64,000 nucleotides of DNA from Octopus vulgaris (Eukaryota). Both the position numbers and the translations under genes were made by a program. Where the stretch lies: assembly GCA_951406725.2 (NCBI GenBank), contig OX597827.1, forward strand, positions 39,928,001-39,992,000. Direction: 5' to 3'. This document shows, piece after piece, positions 48,770 to 62,486 of this stretch (position 1 is the first letter of the stretch; every line of letters begins with the position of its first letter). Under the pieces are notes generated by a model that was not told the origin of the DNA, searched no databases, and saw only the letters and a program-made list of their open reading frames with translations.

Positions 48770-50125
48770 AGAGAATTACGGTAGTCTTACCTATCGGTCC
48801 AGAGAAAGGGTCACTTTCAACATCTTCATGCTGTCATGATCTCCAAGGTTCACTCCACGCCCACATGTGCTATCCAATGCTCTACCTACTGGGTCTCGTG
48901 CTTCAATGAATGCCACATGTCCACCATGGCACTTCCAGTGGGATCCACAGGCTCCACTTCCAACAGAACATGCTACTCCCTCACATCCGATCCTCCCCTA
49001 CAACACAGCTTGGCTCATAATGCACCCCTGATCTGAAGATCATTCAGCCAATCTGCCCACACCCTCTTCAATCGTGTAGAGTCCAGCAGTTTCCAACACA
49101 TAGAAAACAGTTCCTGCATGCTCGTCTTGAGCCCATTTTTGGGATCTCATTCCCTCTCCGAAACATCAACACACCAGCCTTGTCTCTCCGTAGCTTGAGT
49201 CGCAGGGCAGCTCCTCCTTCCATTGCCTCCGGTGGTTTGGCAGTTAGCCCAAAACTCTTCAGGTGGCTTATGACCTTCTTTGCCAACACTATGCTCTCAT
49301 CCACCAGGAAGTCATCAATATAGGAGTTGGTGGCTCTTTTCATTTTGTCAGCCTTTCCCAGGATGGTCTTGAGAATTGTCACCATAATCTTCGGTGCTGA
49401 ATTCAGCATGAATCCCAACCTGGTCAGGCAATATGTCCATCCCTTATACCTTACCAACTGATATTTCCACAGTCTCTCAGCCACATGCACCTGCAGGTAT
49501 GCTGACTTCAAGTTGACGATTGTGGAGACCCCCGTCGTCTGCCTCCACTCTCTCCAGGTTTCGCTACAAATATCCGTAGCTTCACTGCCCATATGGCACA
49601 ATATGTAGTCATTCAGCTCCTGGAAATCCAATACTGGCCTGACTTTATGTTTTGCTGGCTGCACCACTGCAATCAACAGTAGCACTCCAGTTTTCGCTTC
49701 CTCCTTCCAAGGAATCAGAGCACTTTCCTTGATCCATTAGTCCACCTCGCCCTTGAACTCACTTCTGGCATCCCCATTCAGGATGTGCTGATAGCAGCAT
49801 ACTGTGTTCTTCAATGTTGGAGGATCTCCCTTCCAGTGCCATTCCATTGTCCACTGCCGGCCATCGAACACAGCTCAAAAATCTTTGTCTTTGATGGTGT
49901 GTGCAGCATATTTTTCTTCACAGCTCTCACCACTCTCCTGTCGCAAATTCACAGCACATAGTGCCCCTGCATCACCGAACACTACACCGGCTTCATTGAC
50001 CGTAACACCTCCCAAGTGGACAATGGCATCCATCCCCATCACGACATCAATCCCGTCCACTACACGATCAATTACAATAGCCTGCAACCTCAGTCTTGTT
50101 TTCCACCACACCTTTGCAAATGACG
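48770..50125 (-). mobile_element. Decayed Gypsy-like LTR retrotransposon pol fragment (protease-RT)
   Basis: DVVMGMD, KVRPVLDF.ELN, LKSAYLQ, RLGF.LNSAP and YIDD motifs, with stops. Confidence 0.8.
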
Positions 50126-52174
50126 TTGGGGGGGGAGAGCTTTTTATGGAAAATATTTTGGAAGTTTATGAATTCCCCCTACCCCACTTCCAGCTAGAAA
50201 AATATCTTTCATGTCTTCTTTTCGATGTTAGTATGAGACCAAACGAATTCTGCAGAGATAAGTAGTGTTATGGGATTATATATCCTAAGCTGTTTAGATC
50301 CCAAATTTTCATATATTGTCAGAGGATAGTGGTCTACTAATCCTCTGAAATGCTAACAACCAACAAATTGACAACGAAAGAATGCCATAACTTTTTCACA
50401 TTTGATGAATACAAATTTGAAAAAGTTTCTACAACTTGTAGTGGAAAAAGGTGTAGCACAAGATGTTGAGGTCACAGAGGAAATAGGCATGTGAATGACT
50501 TCAAAGTAAACAGAGGAAAAACATTGGTTTGTAGTTTAAATAATTTATCTAAATGACACTTGCATTTACTTGTTGTATACACAAACATTTCACTACATCA
50601 CATCATTACCTACTGCTTTGAGCTGGTGAAGAAATTAACAGGGTACATACTGTAGATATGATAGGGTAGAACCAAACATGTTTTGTGTCTGTGTGTGCAT
50701 TAATCATTCAGGGGTGTCTGTTTAGATTCTGCGATATTATCTGTCGTTCACGTTGAATATCTGAGAAATTACTGGCTGGCTATCTTGTGGCATATCTCTC
50801 TCTCTCCATTCCTGACTTGACTGACTGTCCCTTGACTGTATTTATAGAAGTTGGGACAGCTAGGACAGACATGCCACCTAATTTAAGTAGGTCACCTCCT
50901 GTCCACTTGAACCTTAAATGACACAGGTGAGTTTGAAGGTCAAAGGGAAACAATCCATCATTTTTTGACAGGACAAAGAAATTTCTTTTGCACCTTTTTG
51001 ATCACTGGTGGATCAGACGAGTGAGAACTCCTAGATTCAGTAGTAGTATAAGGGTCTAGCTTGATCCTGCCTGAGATTTGAAACCAAATCCACCGGCTTG
51101 TTGCTTGTCAAAACAAGCAGGAAATCCTCCACACTAGATGATTGATGAGGAAACACTCCACCACCTACGACCTGTACTGGTCAAGGAAAGGTCAGTCCTT
51201 TGCTTAAGGTTTGACCTACATTACTGACCATAGTCTATATAACAGAGAGAATTTCCTATCCCTTCCTCTTATGTGTCAGCTATGACCAAGGAGTAAAACC
51301 CACTTTTGCATCAGCCTTAACCAAGAGCAACACTTCCCTTCGCCCTTTCCTAGACATGCGAAGAGAGGCTTTTGGCCACAAGAAAGACGATGCTGCTTTT
51401 ATCCTTTCTAGTCAGCACCATGCATTCCTTACTCTTTCCCTCTCTACTAACAGACAACATTTTTCTACATATCAACTACTAACCAGCAAGGCATCTTTGT
51501 CGTCACTATCACTAGAATGGCTACTGTCTCTTTAACAACCTGTTTGGGTAAATGATGCTTACTGGTACTCTGATCTGAGAACCTTCAAGTGATACATCTA
51601 TACGCTACCTTTAGAAGTGGGCCGCATCATATTGAATTGATATGACACATCACATCCTGCCCACTACAAACTCTAGTGACGCCTTTGTTGAAACACAGCC
51701 TTTATTTCATCATCATCATCATCTAACATCTGTTATCCATACTGGCATAGGTTGGACACTTTGACAGGAGCTGGTCAGTTGGAGAGCTGTCTGTTTTGGC
51801 AGTGTTTCTATAGCTGAATGCCCTTCCTAATGCCACCTACTTCAGAAAGTGTATTGTGTTCTTTTATGTGGCACTGGTACAAATGGATATGAAAATAAAC
51901 AGATCAACACACAGACGCATAGGTACATAGGTTATAAGAACAGACAAGCACACATACGCAAATGGAGACTGAAACACATGACCATATATATACACACACA
52001 CTTTACTCCACACAAGGACACATGTGGAGATATGGGTCCACACATATAGAGATGCACGTCCATACATACAAACATGGTACATAGTTGCAAAACACACACA
52101 CACATAGACATGCACACACAAGGAGACAGAGGTACATACATATACAAACACACGCACACACACACACACACACA

Positions 52175-52212
<38 letters not shown>

Positions 52213-52605
52213 GAAAATACACAAACACGGACATGCAAGCATATGAATATGCAGAATACATACATACAGATGCACACACATACAAACATATTTACATATG
52301 TATACACATACATATATAGATACGCACACATGCATACATACATACATACATACGTACATGCATAGGCACACACACACACACAGACCCACACATATGTGCA
52401 CAAACAAACAAAAAGGAACACAGTCTAAATAACAGACAGAGTCAAGACTATTGCAAAGGTTTCAAGACACAACGAAAATTTTAGGAAAATAAAAATAAGA
52501 AATAAGTGGAAATTTTACCAGTGAGTGTGTTAAATTATAAGGCACAAAAAGAAAATAACTCTCCCCAGATACAGCAGAATATTTACATATGTATACACAT
52601 TTTTA

Positions 52606-52641
<36 letters not shown>

Positions 52642-54644
52642 ACTAATATATTCTTTGTAAGCCTAGTACTTATTCTATCGGTCTCTTTTGCCAAACCGCT
52701 AAGTTATGGGGACGTAAACACACCAGCATCGGTTGTCAAGCGATGTTGGTGGGGACAACACAGACAAACATACACACACACACACACACACATATATATA
52801 TTCATATATACGACGGGCTTCTTTCAGTTTCTGTCTACCAAATTCACTCACAAGGCTTTGGTCGGCCTGAGGCTATAGTAGAAGATACTTGCCCAAGGTG
52901 TCACGCAGTGGGACTGAACCTGGAACCATGTGGTACGTAAGCAAGCTACTTACCACACAGCCACTCCTATGCCTATTATGTAACGTTTATTTCACAATGT
53001 ACAGCTGCTTCTCTGGAGGACTTGTTATTAATAAGAACTCATTTATCCACTGTTCATTGAATTAACACTTACAATAATTTTATGGGGTTTTGGGGGGGTT
53101 TTCTTTTTACTTAATGTGTTTTACACTGTGTAGGACAAAATAAAACCAGGATTCATAAAAAAAAAAAAGAAACCTGCAAGAGTTCACAAAGAATGAACAA
53201 AGTACAACTCTGTAGCAAAGACATATCAACTGTAAACTGACATGCAAAAATGTTGCAATGGACAGGCACTGTCAGACACTTCAGGATCAAAATAGAACCA
53301 AGTCTATTGAACAGTCTGTACAACACACTATTTCTCATCAACCAATGCACAACGTTTGGTACATGCACCTTATACTTGCCATCCATGATGGAGGTATTCT
53401 CCTTGATTACTTTCAAGTTGTTGCACTTGACAAGACATGGATAATGTTTTCTTAGAAGTAAGCTGTATAAAACATGGCTTGTCATCAGGTAGGCCACGTT
53501 ACTAAAAACATTCAAGGTAATTTTTGTTTGGTGTGCTATTCAGGAAGTCCCACAATCTATAGGTTGCTCATGACCAAATTAAATGCATACTTCTCAAAAC
53601 AAACACAACAATAAAGTGTTTCTTCAGTAACATTTTTTAATTCAAGGTTTCAGATTTCACCCTAAGCAGTGTTTACATTGTTTGACATTCTTTTGTTATG
53701 AACAACTCTCTCTTGGCTTGACCAACACCTGCACAACACCTTATTTTATTTTGGTGACCAAGTTAGTACACGCCAGCACAATTTGTCCTCATTAGTCAAA
53801 AGACACCTGCTGTTATTGTTGTTTGTATTTCTAATCAGGTAACATTTTCTCTTTTTTTTTTTGTCTGTTTTGTTGCACATATTCACTTGCTTTATTCCAA
53901 AAATTGAATGCCCTTAGCTTAGATTTTTGGGGCCTACCAATTTTGAACAGCCTCAGGTGTAACAGGCCAAAACTGTAATGATGATTGGAAGCTTGACTGA
54001 TGAAAGAAAGCCACAAATGTTTCGTCCTGGTTTTTCCTGTCCATCTTTGTATCGTCTATCTGTCCATATGTGTTTATTGTTGTCTGTTATATTCTTATTC
54101 TCTTTTTTTTATTTATATATATATTGGTGCCCCAGCATGGCTGCGGCCTTCGGGCTAAAACATTTTTAAGGATTTATATGTATATGTGTGTATGTGTATA
54201 TATATATATTCATTATCATCATTATCATCATTTAATGTTCATTGTCCATGCTGGCATGGGTCGGAATGTTTGACTGGGGCTGGTAAGTTGGAAGGCTGCA
54301 CCAGACTCCAGTATGATTTGACATGGCTTTCTATGGCTGGATGCCCTTCCTAATGCCAACTACTCTAAGAGTGTAATTGGTGCTGTTACATACCAGCAGC
54401 ATGGGTGCCATTTGCATGACATCAGTATCTGCTATGACTGTAATTTTGCTTGGCTTGATAGGTCTTCTTCTCAAGCACAACATAAAACCAAAGGTCTCGG
54501 TTATTGTCTCCTTGAGGCCCAATGCTTGACAGTAACTCAGCCATTGCCTCCATGAGGCCCAATGCTTGAAAGGTGCTCTTTATGTGCCACCGACATGGTT
54601 GCCAGTTACATGATACTAGCATCGGCCATGACTATGGTTTAACT

Positions 54645-55885
54645 TGTCCTTGGCTGTCACAGCCCATGTTTCACTGCCATGTAGCATAGCTGTTCACACA
54701 CAGACATCATATGATCTGCCTTTACTCTGAGAAAGAGGCCCTTTGTTGCCAACAGAGGTAGGAGCTCTCTGAACTTTGCCTAGCCTAATCTTATTCTCAC
54801 AGCTATGCTCTCGGGGCATCCACCTCCACTACTAACTTGGTCACCTAAATAACAGAAGCTATCTACTTGCTCTAACTTGCCTCTCAGGCAGTCTATTTTC
54901 TGCACATTTTCAGCCTTTATTTTACCTGCGCATCTTCCACATACAAAATCTAGTTTCCCTGTTAACTTTCCTCTGATATTGCTGCACCTTTTATGTGTCC
55001 AAAGCTTACATCAAGTGCATCTTCTACCTGTGCCTTTTCTACAGTTTGAGTAGGGCCATCTACCTGAAGGGATTTGTGATTTATCCGCTTTCCTACTTAT
55101 TAAGACTTTGGTTTTTGTTACATTAGCTCTAAGGCCCTTTGATTCTAGACCTTGCTGCCATACCTGGAACTTCTTCTCTAGTTCTGGCAGTAATTCAGCA
55201 ATAAGAATGAGGTCATCAGCATAGAGGAGCTCCCAGGAGCAGCCTGTCTTAAATTTCTCTGTTATTGCCTGAAGAACTATGATGAACAAGAGGGGACTAA
55301 GTACCGATCTTTGGTGAACCCCTACTTGTACCTTGAATTCTTCACTGTATTCATTGCCAACCCTCACCTTACTGGTAGCATCCCTGTACATAACTTGTAC
55401 AGCTCTCACCACCACTCATCTATCCCTAGTTTCAACATTGACCACCAGATAAGGGATCAGGGGACCCTGTTGAAGGCTTTCTCCAAGTCAACAAAGGCCA
55501 ACAACAGAGGTTTATTTTTGGCTATGTATTTCTCCTGCAGCTGCCTTACTAGAAATATAGCATCAGTGATGCTTCTCCTTGTTACAAAACCAAACTGCAT
55601 CTCGTCTAGGTTAACTTTGTCCTTAATTAGTTGGGCTACGACTCTCTTTGTAACTTTTATCTCCTGATCCAAAAATTTGATACCTCTGTAATTATTTCTA
55701 TCTAAGATATCACCTTTACCTTTGTAGCAGTTGACTATGGTGCTGCTATACCAGTCATTAAGTATGACTCCTTCATGGACCACCTGATTTACAATACAGA
55801 TGACTAGACCATAACCCACACTGCCAGATATTTTAAGCATGTCAGCAGTGATTTCTGATGGGCTGGGGGCTTTCCCTGTCTTCTC
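54645..55885 (-). mobile_element. Decayed RTE-clade LINE RT fragment
   Basis: NYRGIK, FVDLEKAFNRVP, VGVHQ.SVLSPLLF and ELLYADDL motifs, with frameshifts. Confidence 0.88.
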
Positions 55886-57793
55886 ATCAATCTATACTGT
55901 AATGGAGAAAGTTGCTTATTAATTAGGTATGTAACAATTACTAAAAGTTCTAAAAGACAGCAATTATTAAAGGGTTGACCATCTGGAAATATTTTTATAA
56001 GTTCATGTTCTATGAAATTTCCTATAATTTTGATTTCTCAAGATAATTGAAATGTTTATACTCTAATTTCTTATATGTTTAAATATTCATTGCATTCATT
56101 TTGACCAATTCTTCACAAATTTAAATATTCATTGCATTCACTGCGGAGTATTCCATTTTTATTTGCAAAGTCTCACATTCTCTTTTAATGTTTTCATTTC
56201 AAGTTTTAATTCGATATTTGGAAAACCGACAGTTTAATTCTATTAATGTATATGTAATGTAAAAACATTATTAATTGAATGAAAATTTTTTTAAATACCC
56301 ATATAATTTTAATAAAAAAATTTTAAAGGGATTTTGTTGTTATGGCTGTTTGGAACACTATAAGCCTTACAATAATAACTATCCAGACCGATTTTGGCCA
56401 TTTCCCCTTTTCACTCTCAGATGTATTGATGTTTTTTCAATATTTTTTTCCCATTAAACACATTTTATGGAATGATGATGCTGAAGTAACACACGTGTGG
56501 TCCATTGGTGGAAAAAAAACTAAATAAATTGTAATCTAAATTTTTACCCCCACCATCACTTTGAAACCGCAACCTGTTCACTGACAAAACTCCGTGCTGC
56601 ATCCCTTTTATGAAGCTTTGTCAGTGAACAGGTGGCTGTTTCAACGCGAAGAGAATATTTTCACACAAATTAAATTTAAATGTTGAAGTGAAACTAATGG
56701 TTTTTGTATGTTTTTGAATGGCTTACAAACATCTCCCATGCTGCAATTGTTTTTGTTCCAGCACACAATCTCAGATCAAGTCACTTGCTATATAAGTATA
56801 TCACTGTAATTTTTTTTAAATCACTATGGATAAATGCCAGTAGTGACCTTTACAGACTCTCCAATATTTTAATTTTTAAACAGAAACAATCGGGGACTGG
56901 GTTGCAAAAATATTTATAATTTCTCAAATTTTCTTTTTTATAGCTTATAAATGTATTTATGGGGGCAAAATATTGAAAATATCAATACATGCAAGAGTGA
57001 TAAAGTAACGAGGAGGGTTGTCTTTAGATGTGCTAGAAATAACAGCCAAATTGCCCTTAAATTACTCACTTTTCCCTCTGAAAATAATAAGAATTCCTTT
57101 TTAATTTTCTTACTGAAAATGTTCTTCCCATGGTTTTGAAATAATCTATGCCATTTGAAAGGGATTTGTATAAATTTTCATCAAAAGATACCCATTTTCC
57201 TGAAAGTTATGAGGGAAAAAAGTCAGATCGTGTGAATTTTCCAAAACACCTCTCTCCATCCCCTTGGAAAAATTCTTTCCCATAAATCCCTATATACTCT
57301 GAAGCCACATCTAAGTGGTATTTGTAGAAAATTTTGTTAAAAAGAATCCATTTTTCTGGATGTTATGTCGGGAACATATACATCTGTAGTAATGCCCATT
57401 CATTAGGTTGAGGAAAAAGTTTGTGTGCCATGTTAAGCATTATTTTTAAAATAGTGCTTAACACAGTACACAGACTTTTTCCTCGGCCTAGTATTTATAC
57501 ATTTTTTTTCTTTTCATGTTTATTTCATTCATTGTTTGTAATATTCTCTCTCTCCTTCTCTATTTCTCTCTCTCTCACACACACACACTGCAAAGCTTAC
57601 AGATGGGTTGCTGAATTGTATGTTGCTTCGAAGGGAAGGTAAAACTTGACAAATTGCTTCTCCCTCTGTTGTTGGACTAAAACTGTTATTGTTTAAAAGA
57701 GAGAGATTATGACTGTGATAAAATAATGAAAGCAATATTTACTAAGCAAGTGAGCACTATTAAACAAAGAAATAATTAGACATAAAATATAGA

Positions 57794-57887
57794 GCCCGCA
57801 TAGCTCAGTCAGTAGAGCATCAGACTTTTATGACTGAATCTTCACAGAGTCATCTGAAGGTCGTGGGTTCAAGTCCCCCTGCAGGTG
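57794..57887 (+). tRNA. tRNA-Lys(UUU) with a 21-nt intron (57831-57851); possibly a pseudogene
   Basis: GCCCGCATAGCTCAGTCAGTAGAGCATCAGACTTTTA-[intron]-ATCTGAAGGTCGTGGGTTCAAGTCCCCCTGCAGGTG; intron at canonical 37/38; T-run downstream; one mismatch each in the acceptor and T stems. Confidence 0.75.
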
Positions 57888-58539
57888 AAGCATTTGTTTT
57901 ATAGGCATAGGAGTGTGGCTGTGTGGTAAGACTAAAACTCTTCAAAACAGTGCTCCAGCATGGCCACAGTCAAATGACTGAAACAAATAAAAGAATAAAA
58001 GAGTGTGGGTGTAAATGAAAGAACATAAAGATAAGCATTTCCTTCAAAATTTTATTTCATATTTCAAAAAATATTCTGACAGTGGACATTCAAAAGAAAG
58101 CCAAGCTTGGCTTACCGACTGATGATCAGAAATGAGCAACTCTGAGTACATGGAAAGTGGACATTAAACCATGATGATGATGATGATGTTTGCCCCCCCC
58201 CCTCCCAATCACTTGACAACCGATGTTGATGTGTTTACATCCCCGTAACTTAACACTTCGGTAAAAGGGACTGATAGAATAAGTACTAAGCTTACAAAGA
58301 ATAAGTCCTGGAATCAATTTGTTCAACTAAAGGCAGTGCTCTAGCATGGCCACAGTCAAATGACTGAAATGAGTAAAAGAGTATCTAATCATACACACAC
58401 ACATATATAAATTTTCTTCCTCTTCTCTCTCACTCACTCTTTCTTTTTATAATCAATATTCCTGAGATAATGACACAAATGTTGAATAAAACCAGTGAAC
58501 ATGATGTCCACCAGTTTCTATTGTCCATATAAATATATA

Positions 58540-59052
58540 TCTATATATATAAAACTGTAGTTGTGTGAGTGTCTGTCCCCTTCGATTTAGATTCCTAACT
58601 ACTCCCACATTTTGCAGTGCAGTTTAACCAAATTCGGGTATCTTATAGTCGTGATTCATATCGAGCCCGTCTGAGTATTAGCGCGCGTCTACGATGAGTC
58701 TACGATTTTAAAAATAATTTAACATCATTTTTTATTCCATTTTAATGCATAATTTTTCGTGTGTCGATGGCGGCGGAGTTGGCGTCCATGGTCACACCTG
58801 CACCTGTTTGCTTCTCCCCCTTCTTCCCTCCCCCGTGAAGCTGTGGGGAAGGGAGTGTAAGGAAATCAACGTCGTAAAGCGTTGTCAAGGAGACCAGTGT
58901 TCTTTTAGAACAACGACTTCATGGCTTGAAGACACCAAAACAGAAATGGCTAAGAAAGCCCGAATTGGCATCTATAAAGGAAGTAACTCTCTAAAAATGC
59001 TTATATAGTTATTTCCCTTACAAACCCGAGCAACGCCGGGCGATACTGCTAG
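58540..59052 (+). mobile_element. Non-autonomous Helitron
   Basis: 5' TC; 3' hairpin cccgagcaacgccggg followed by CTAG; A|T insertion site; CpG-rich interior. Confidence 0.8.
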
Positions 59053-59426
59053 TGTATAATAAAAAAAAGCACAAACAATTTTCAAAGAAATATTGTTTTT
59101 TTTTGTAAAAAAGAAAAAAAGAAAAAGAAAAAAAAAAGAAGTGGGTGATGATAATTTATATTGGTTGATGGCAAAAATGGGTAACCAGTAGTACTCAGGT
59201 TGCATACAGTCCTTTATAGCTTTTAGTAAGACATATATAAATATCAAGATTATATAAACATAACTGTTTACTAAAATTTCATAGCATATTCCGTTGGTCT
59301 AATAAAGTAAATTTGAACAATTTTGTTTCACTCACACTTTCTCTCTATTAAGATTTTAGAATTTGCTTAGGGTAATATATAGTGATCCCTGTATTACAGA
59401 CAAGGTTTATTCAATTAATACTTTAA

Positions 59427-59648
59427 CCCTTTTGATACCAACCTGCTTGAAACTGCCTCTGGCTCTGTAGTAGAAATGTCTTGTTTTCAAAAGTTCTGAA
59501 TTAAAATCTTCCACCAAAGCTTAGTCGCAATTTATGTTCCTAACACTAGTTTAGTGATAAGTTATTTTACTAAATTCTTTGTCATATTTAAAATTAATTG
59601 TAAAAAAAATCCACAGAACATCTCAACAGAAAAATGGTAACAAAAGGG
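59427..59648. mobile_element. piggyBac-type MITE, same family as 39891
   Basis: TTAA|CCCTTTTG...CAAAAGGG; internal sequence similar to 39891-40110. Confidence 0.8.
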
Positions 59649-59927
59649 TGAATGGTGTAGCTCAATATATGATGAGCAATATCTCAGAAGACTTGCTGCT
59701 AAAATAAAGGTTGCTGATGTAAAGGCAATAAGCCAGGTAAAGCAGATGGTATAAAACAGAGGTAGTAAGAAGTCAACAAGTTCAATTGAACAAAGACTGT
59801 TGTAGTGACTGTAAAAGACACAAATCAAATGTGAGCAAATGGCTGAAAGATATTAATATAGGAAGACTTTCTTATCATGTGATGACAGTCATTTTTTTTT
59901 ATGGATGTCAATTTGTCTTCAAAATAA

Positions 59928-59965
<38 letters not shown>

Positions 59966-60281
59966 GTGTGTGTGTGCATATGTGGAGTGAATAGTAACAT
60001 AATCTTAAACCTATGAAAGATACTCCAGTATATAGGGATCAGTACATGTTCGGGTTTTAAATAAGATTTTTTGCCTCTCATAAACAAACATTAGCAAGAT
60101 GATATGTGTCAGATAACCATGAAAGATCATACAAAACATTGTAAAACCAAAGTGTCTGTTTCTGCAGTGTTCATCTATCATCATGAACTCATCCTTACCC
60201 ACTATCTGATCATCACCAAAGGTTGTAAGACAAATGGTAGCAATTGTAGAGGACATAGTATGGCCCTTGCTGGATATTGCA

Positions 60282-60287
60282 TTTATT
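60282..60287 (-). promoter_or_regulatory. Candidate polyadenylation signal (AATAAA) for HDDC3
   Basis: First AATAAA on the minus strand, about 90 nt after the stop. Confidence 0.4.
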
Positions 60288-60379
60288 ATTAAGAAGATAA
60301 TAGCATTGTCTGTTCCTGTTAACTGACTCTGTGGTTAGTATGTCCAGCTCTTTGAACCTTCCCTGCAGTCACCAGTCCA

Positions 60380-60684
60380 TCAATTCAGTAACTCCAATTC
60401 AGATATATTTCTTTCTTGGAAAATAATATCGAGTGCCTTCTCCATTGGTTCATTGGTCCCGGCAAGATTTCTGACAACTTTCTTTGCCCATACAAAATAC
60501 TGTTGGACCCTTTCTTCAGTCCAGCCAACTGGTGTACTTCGGTTCAAATCACGAAGGTTGTATAGTTTGTCTGCCAGTTTCACCAACTTTGCACGGTGGC
60601 TGCTATTCTTTGCATGTTCGATTTGCAGTTTCTTACGCTCTGCCTTGGCAAGACTTTTGTCGTCTGTTACTTCAGCAACAATTC
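60380..60684 (-). CDS. HDDC3: HDDC3/MESH1 (ppGpp hydrolase / NADPH phosphatase), terminal coding exon
   Basis: IVAEVTDDKSL.K.ERK.LQIEHA...AKLVKLADKLYNLRDL...P.GW..ERV..YF.WA is diagnostic of MESH1; polypyrimidine acceptor ...ttttgttgatag; upstream exons not found in the window. Confidence 0.93.
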
Positions 60685-61549
60685 CTATCAACAAAAGAGA
60701 GAAAAGAGACAGCGAGAGATAGATAAAGGTATTATAAGGTATACAAGCACCTTCAGGGACTTGTGGTCAAGAATTTGCAATGAAATGGTTTTAAATTTGG
60801 TTTCACAGCATGGCACAATGGGCATGTTACTACACATTACTACTAGATTGAATTTGGTAAAGGAAAACTCTGAAAAACATTGCCATATGCAAGTATGCCT
60901 GAATTGCATGTTCATGTATGTTTTGTGTGTGTTTGTGTATGTGTCTGTATCTGTGGTCATGTCGGTAGTTTTGCTTACATCCCTTACTGCTGTTTATATC
61001 CCATAGTTTATCAGTTAGACAAATAGAAATCAATAATATAATTACAAGACTTGAAAACAAGGACTGGTATAAATATGATTGACTAAATATTTTTAAAGGC
61101 AGTGTCCCAGGATGGTTGCACTCCAGTGACTGAAAGCAGTAAAAGTGTAAAGAATAACACACATGCACACATGTATGTATGTATGTATGTATGTATGTAT
61201 GTATGTATGTATGTATGTATGTATGTATGTATGTATGTATGTATGATTGTATGTATGTATGTATGTATGTAAGTGGAGGCACATGGCCTAGTGGTTAGAG
61301 CAGCGGACTTGTGGTCAAGGGATCATGGGTTCAAATCACAGACCAGGCGATGTGTGTGTTTATGAGCGAAACACCTAACCTCTACATGGTTCCAGCAGAA
61401 GGTAATGGTGAACTTCTGCTGACTATTTCCTCCTGCATCTTGCAGCTCACCTGCGACGGACTGGCGTCCTGTTCAGGTGGGGAACCTATACGCCAAGGAA
61501 ACCGAGAAACCAGACCTTATGAGCCAGGCATAGCTCGAGAAGGAACAAA

Positions 61550-61587
<38 letters not shown>

Positions 61588-62486
61588 CATTGGATTGGAT
61601 TAAGTTGCCCATGTTCAGTCAACTGCATGACAGAGGCTTCAACATGTTCTCTCCACCCAACCACAGTCTATTGTAGATGCTGTGAATTTGAGCTTAAGAT
61701 CATACTGGTTTCATGAGCCTACACTGCCACACTGGCTCAACATGACTTGGCAGAGGGATGCAGTTTTTATACTCATATCCAGGAGTAGTTAAGTTGATTC
61801 CATCAACCACAATACTCAACTGTTACTTGTTTTAATCACCTTGAAAGGATGAAAAGCAAAGTCAGTCCCAGCAGTATTTGGACTCAGAATGTAGACAGAT
61901 GAAATACTGCTAAGCATTTTCACCAAGGTGCTAATGATTCTATCAGCTCAGCTATGCATATATACATGTGTGTGTGTGTGTGAAGGCGCATGGCTCAGTG
62001 GTTAGAGCATCGAGCTTACGATCATGAGGTTGTTAGCTCGAATCCCAGACCAGGTTGTGTATTGTGTTCTTGAGCAAGACACTTTATTTCACATTGCTCC
62101 AGTTCACTCAGCTGTAGAAATGAGTTGCAACATCACTAGTGCCAAGCTGTATCGGCCCCTTTGCATTTCCCTTGGATAACACTGGTGGCATGGAGAGGGG
62201 AGGCCAGTATGCATTGGCGACTACTGGTCTTCCATAAAAACAACCTTGCCCGGACTTGTGCCTAGGAGGGTAACTTTCTAGGTGAAATCCCATGGTCAGT
62301 CATGACCGAAGGGGGTCTCAGCATACATATATATATAGGTTATGAGAGGTAATGATGTCAAGAAGACCCTAAGGTGTCAGGTAATGCTGAGTAAGTGCTA
62401 TCAACAGACTATAGTTAAGCTCCAGTTTCGGTGATTATGCGAATGAGGTGTCCAACATAGGTCATATATCAGCATGTGTATATATA

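Noticed and set aside
48364-48909. 181-aa ORF with hydrophobic N-terminus plus a GNAT segment as a novel membrane protein
   Set aside because: Non-ATG start; the hydrophobic part is translated T-rich intron copy; the tail runs into a (CAT)n tract and Gypsy antisense sequence
53130-54170. Coding-like decayed region with short ORFs
   Set aside because: No identifiable motif; probably an old TE remnant that I cannot classify
62395-62475. Minus-strand ctgat...cgaaac hammerhead-like motif
   Set aside because: The core reads CUGAUAU and the stems could not be built
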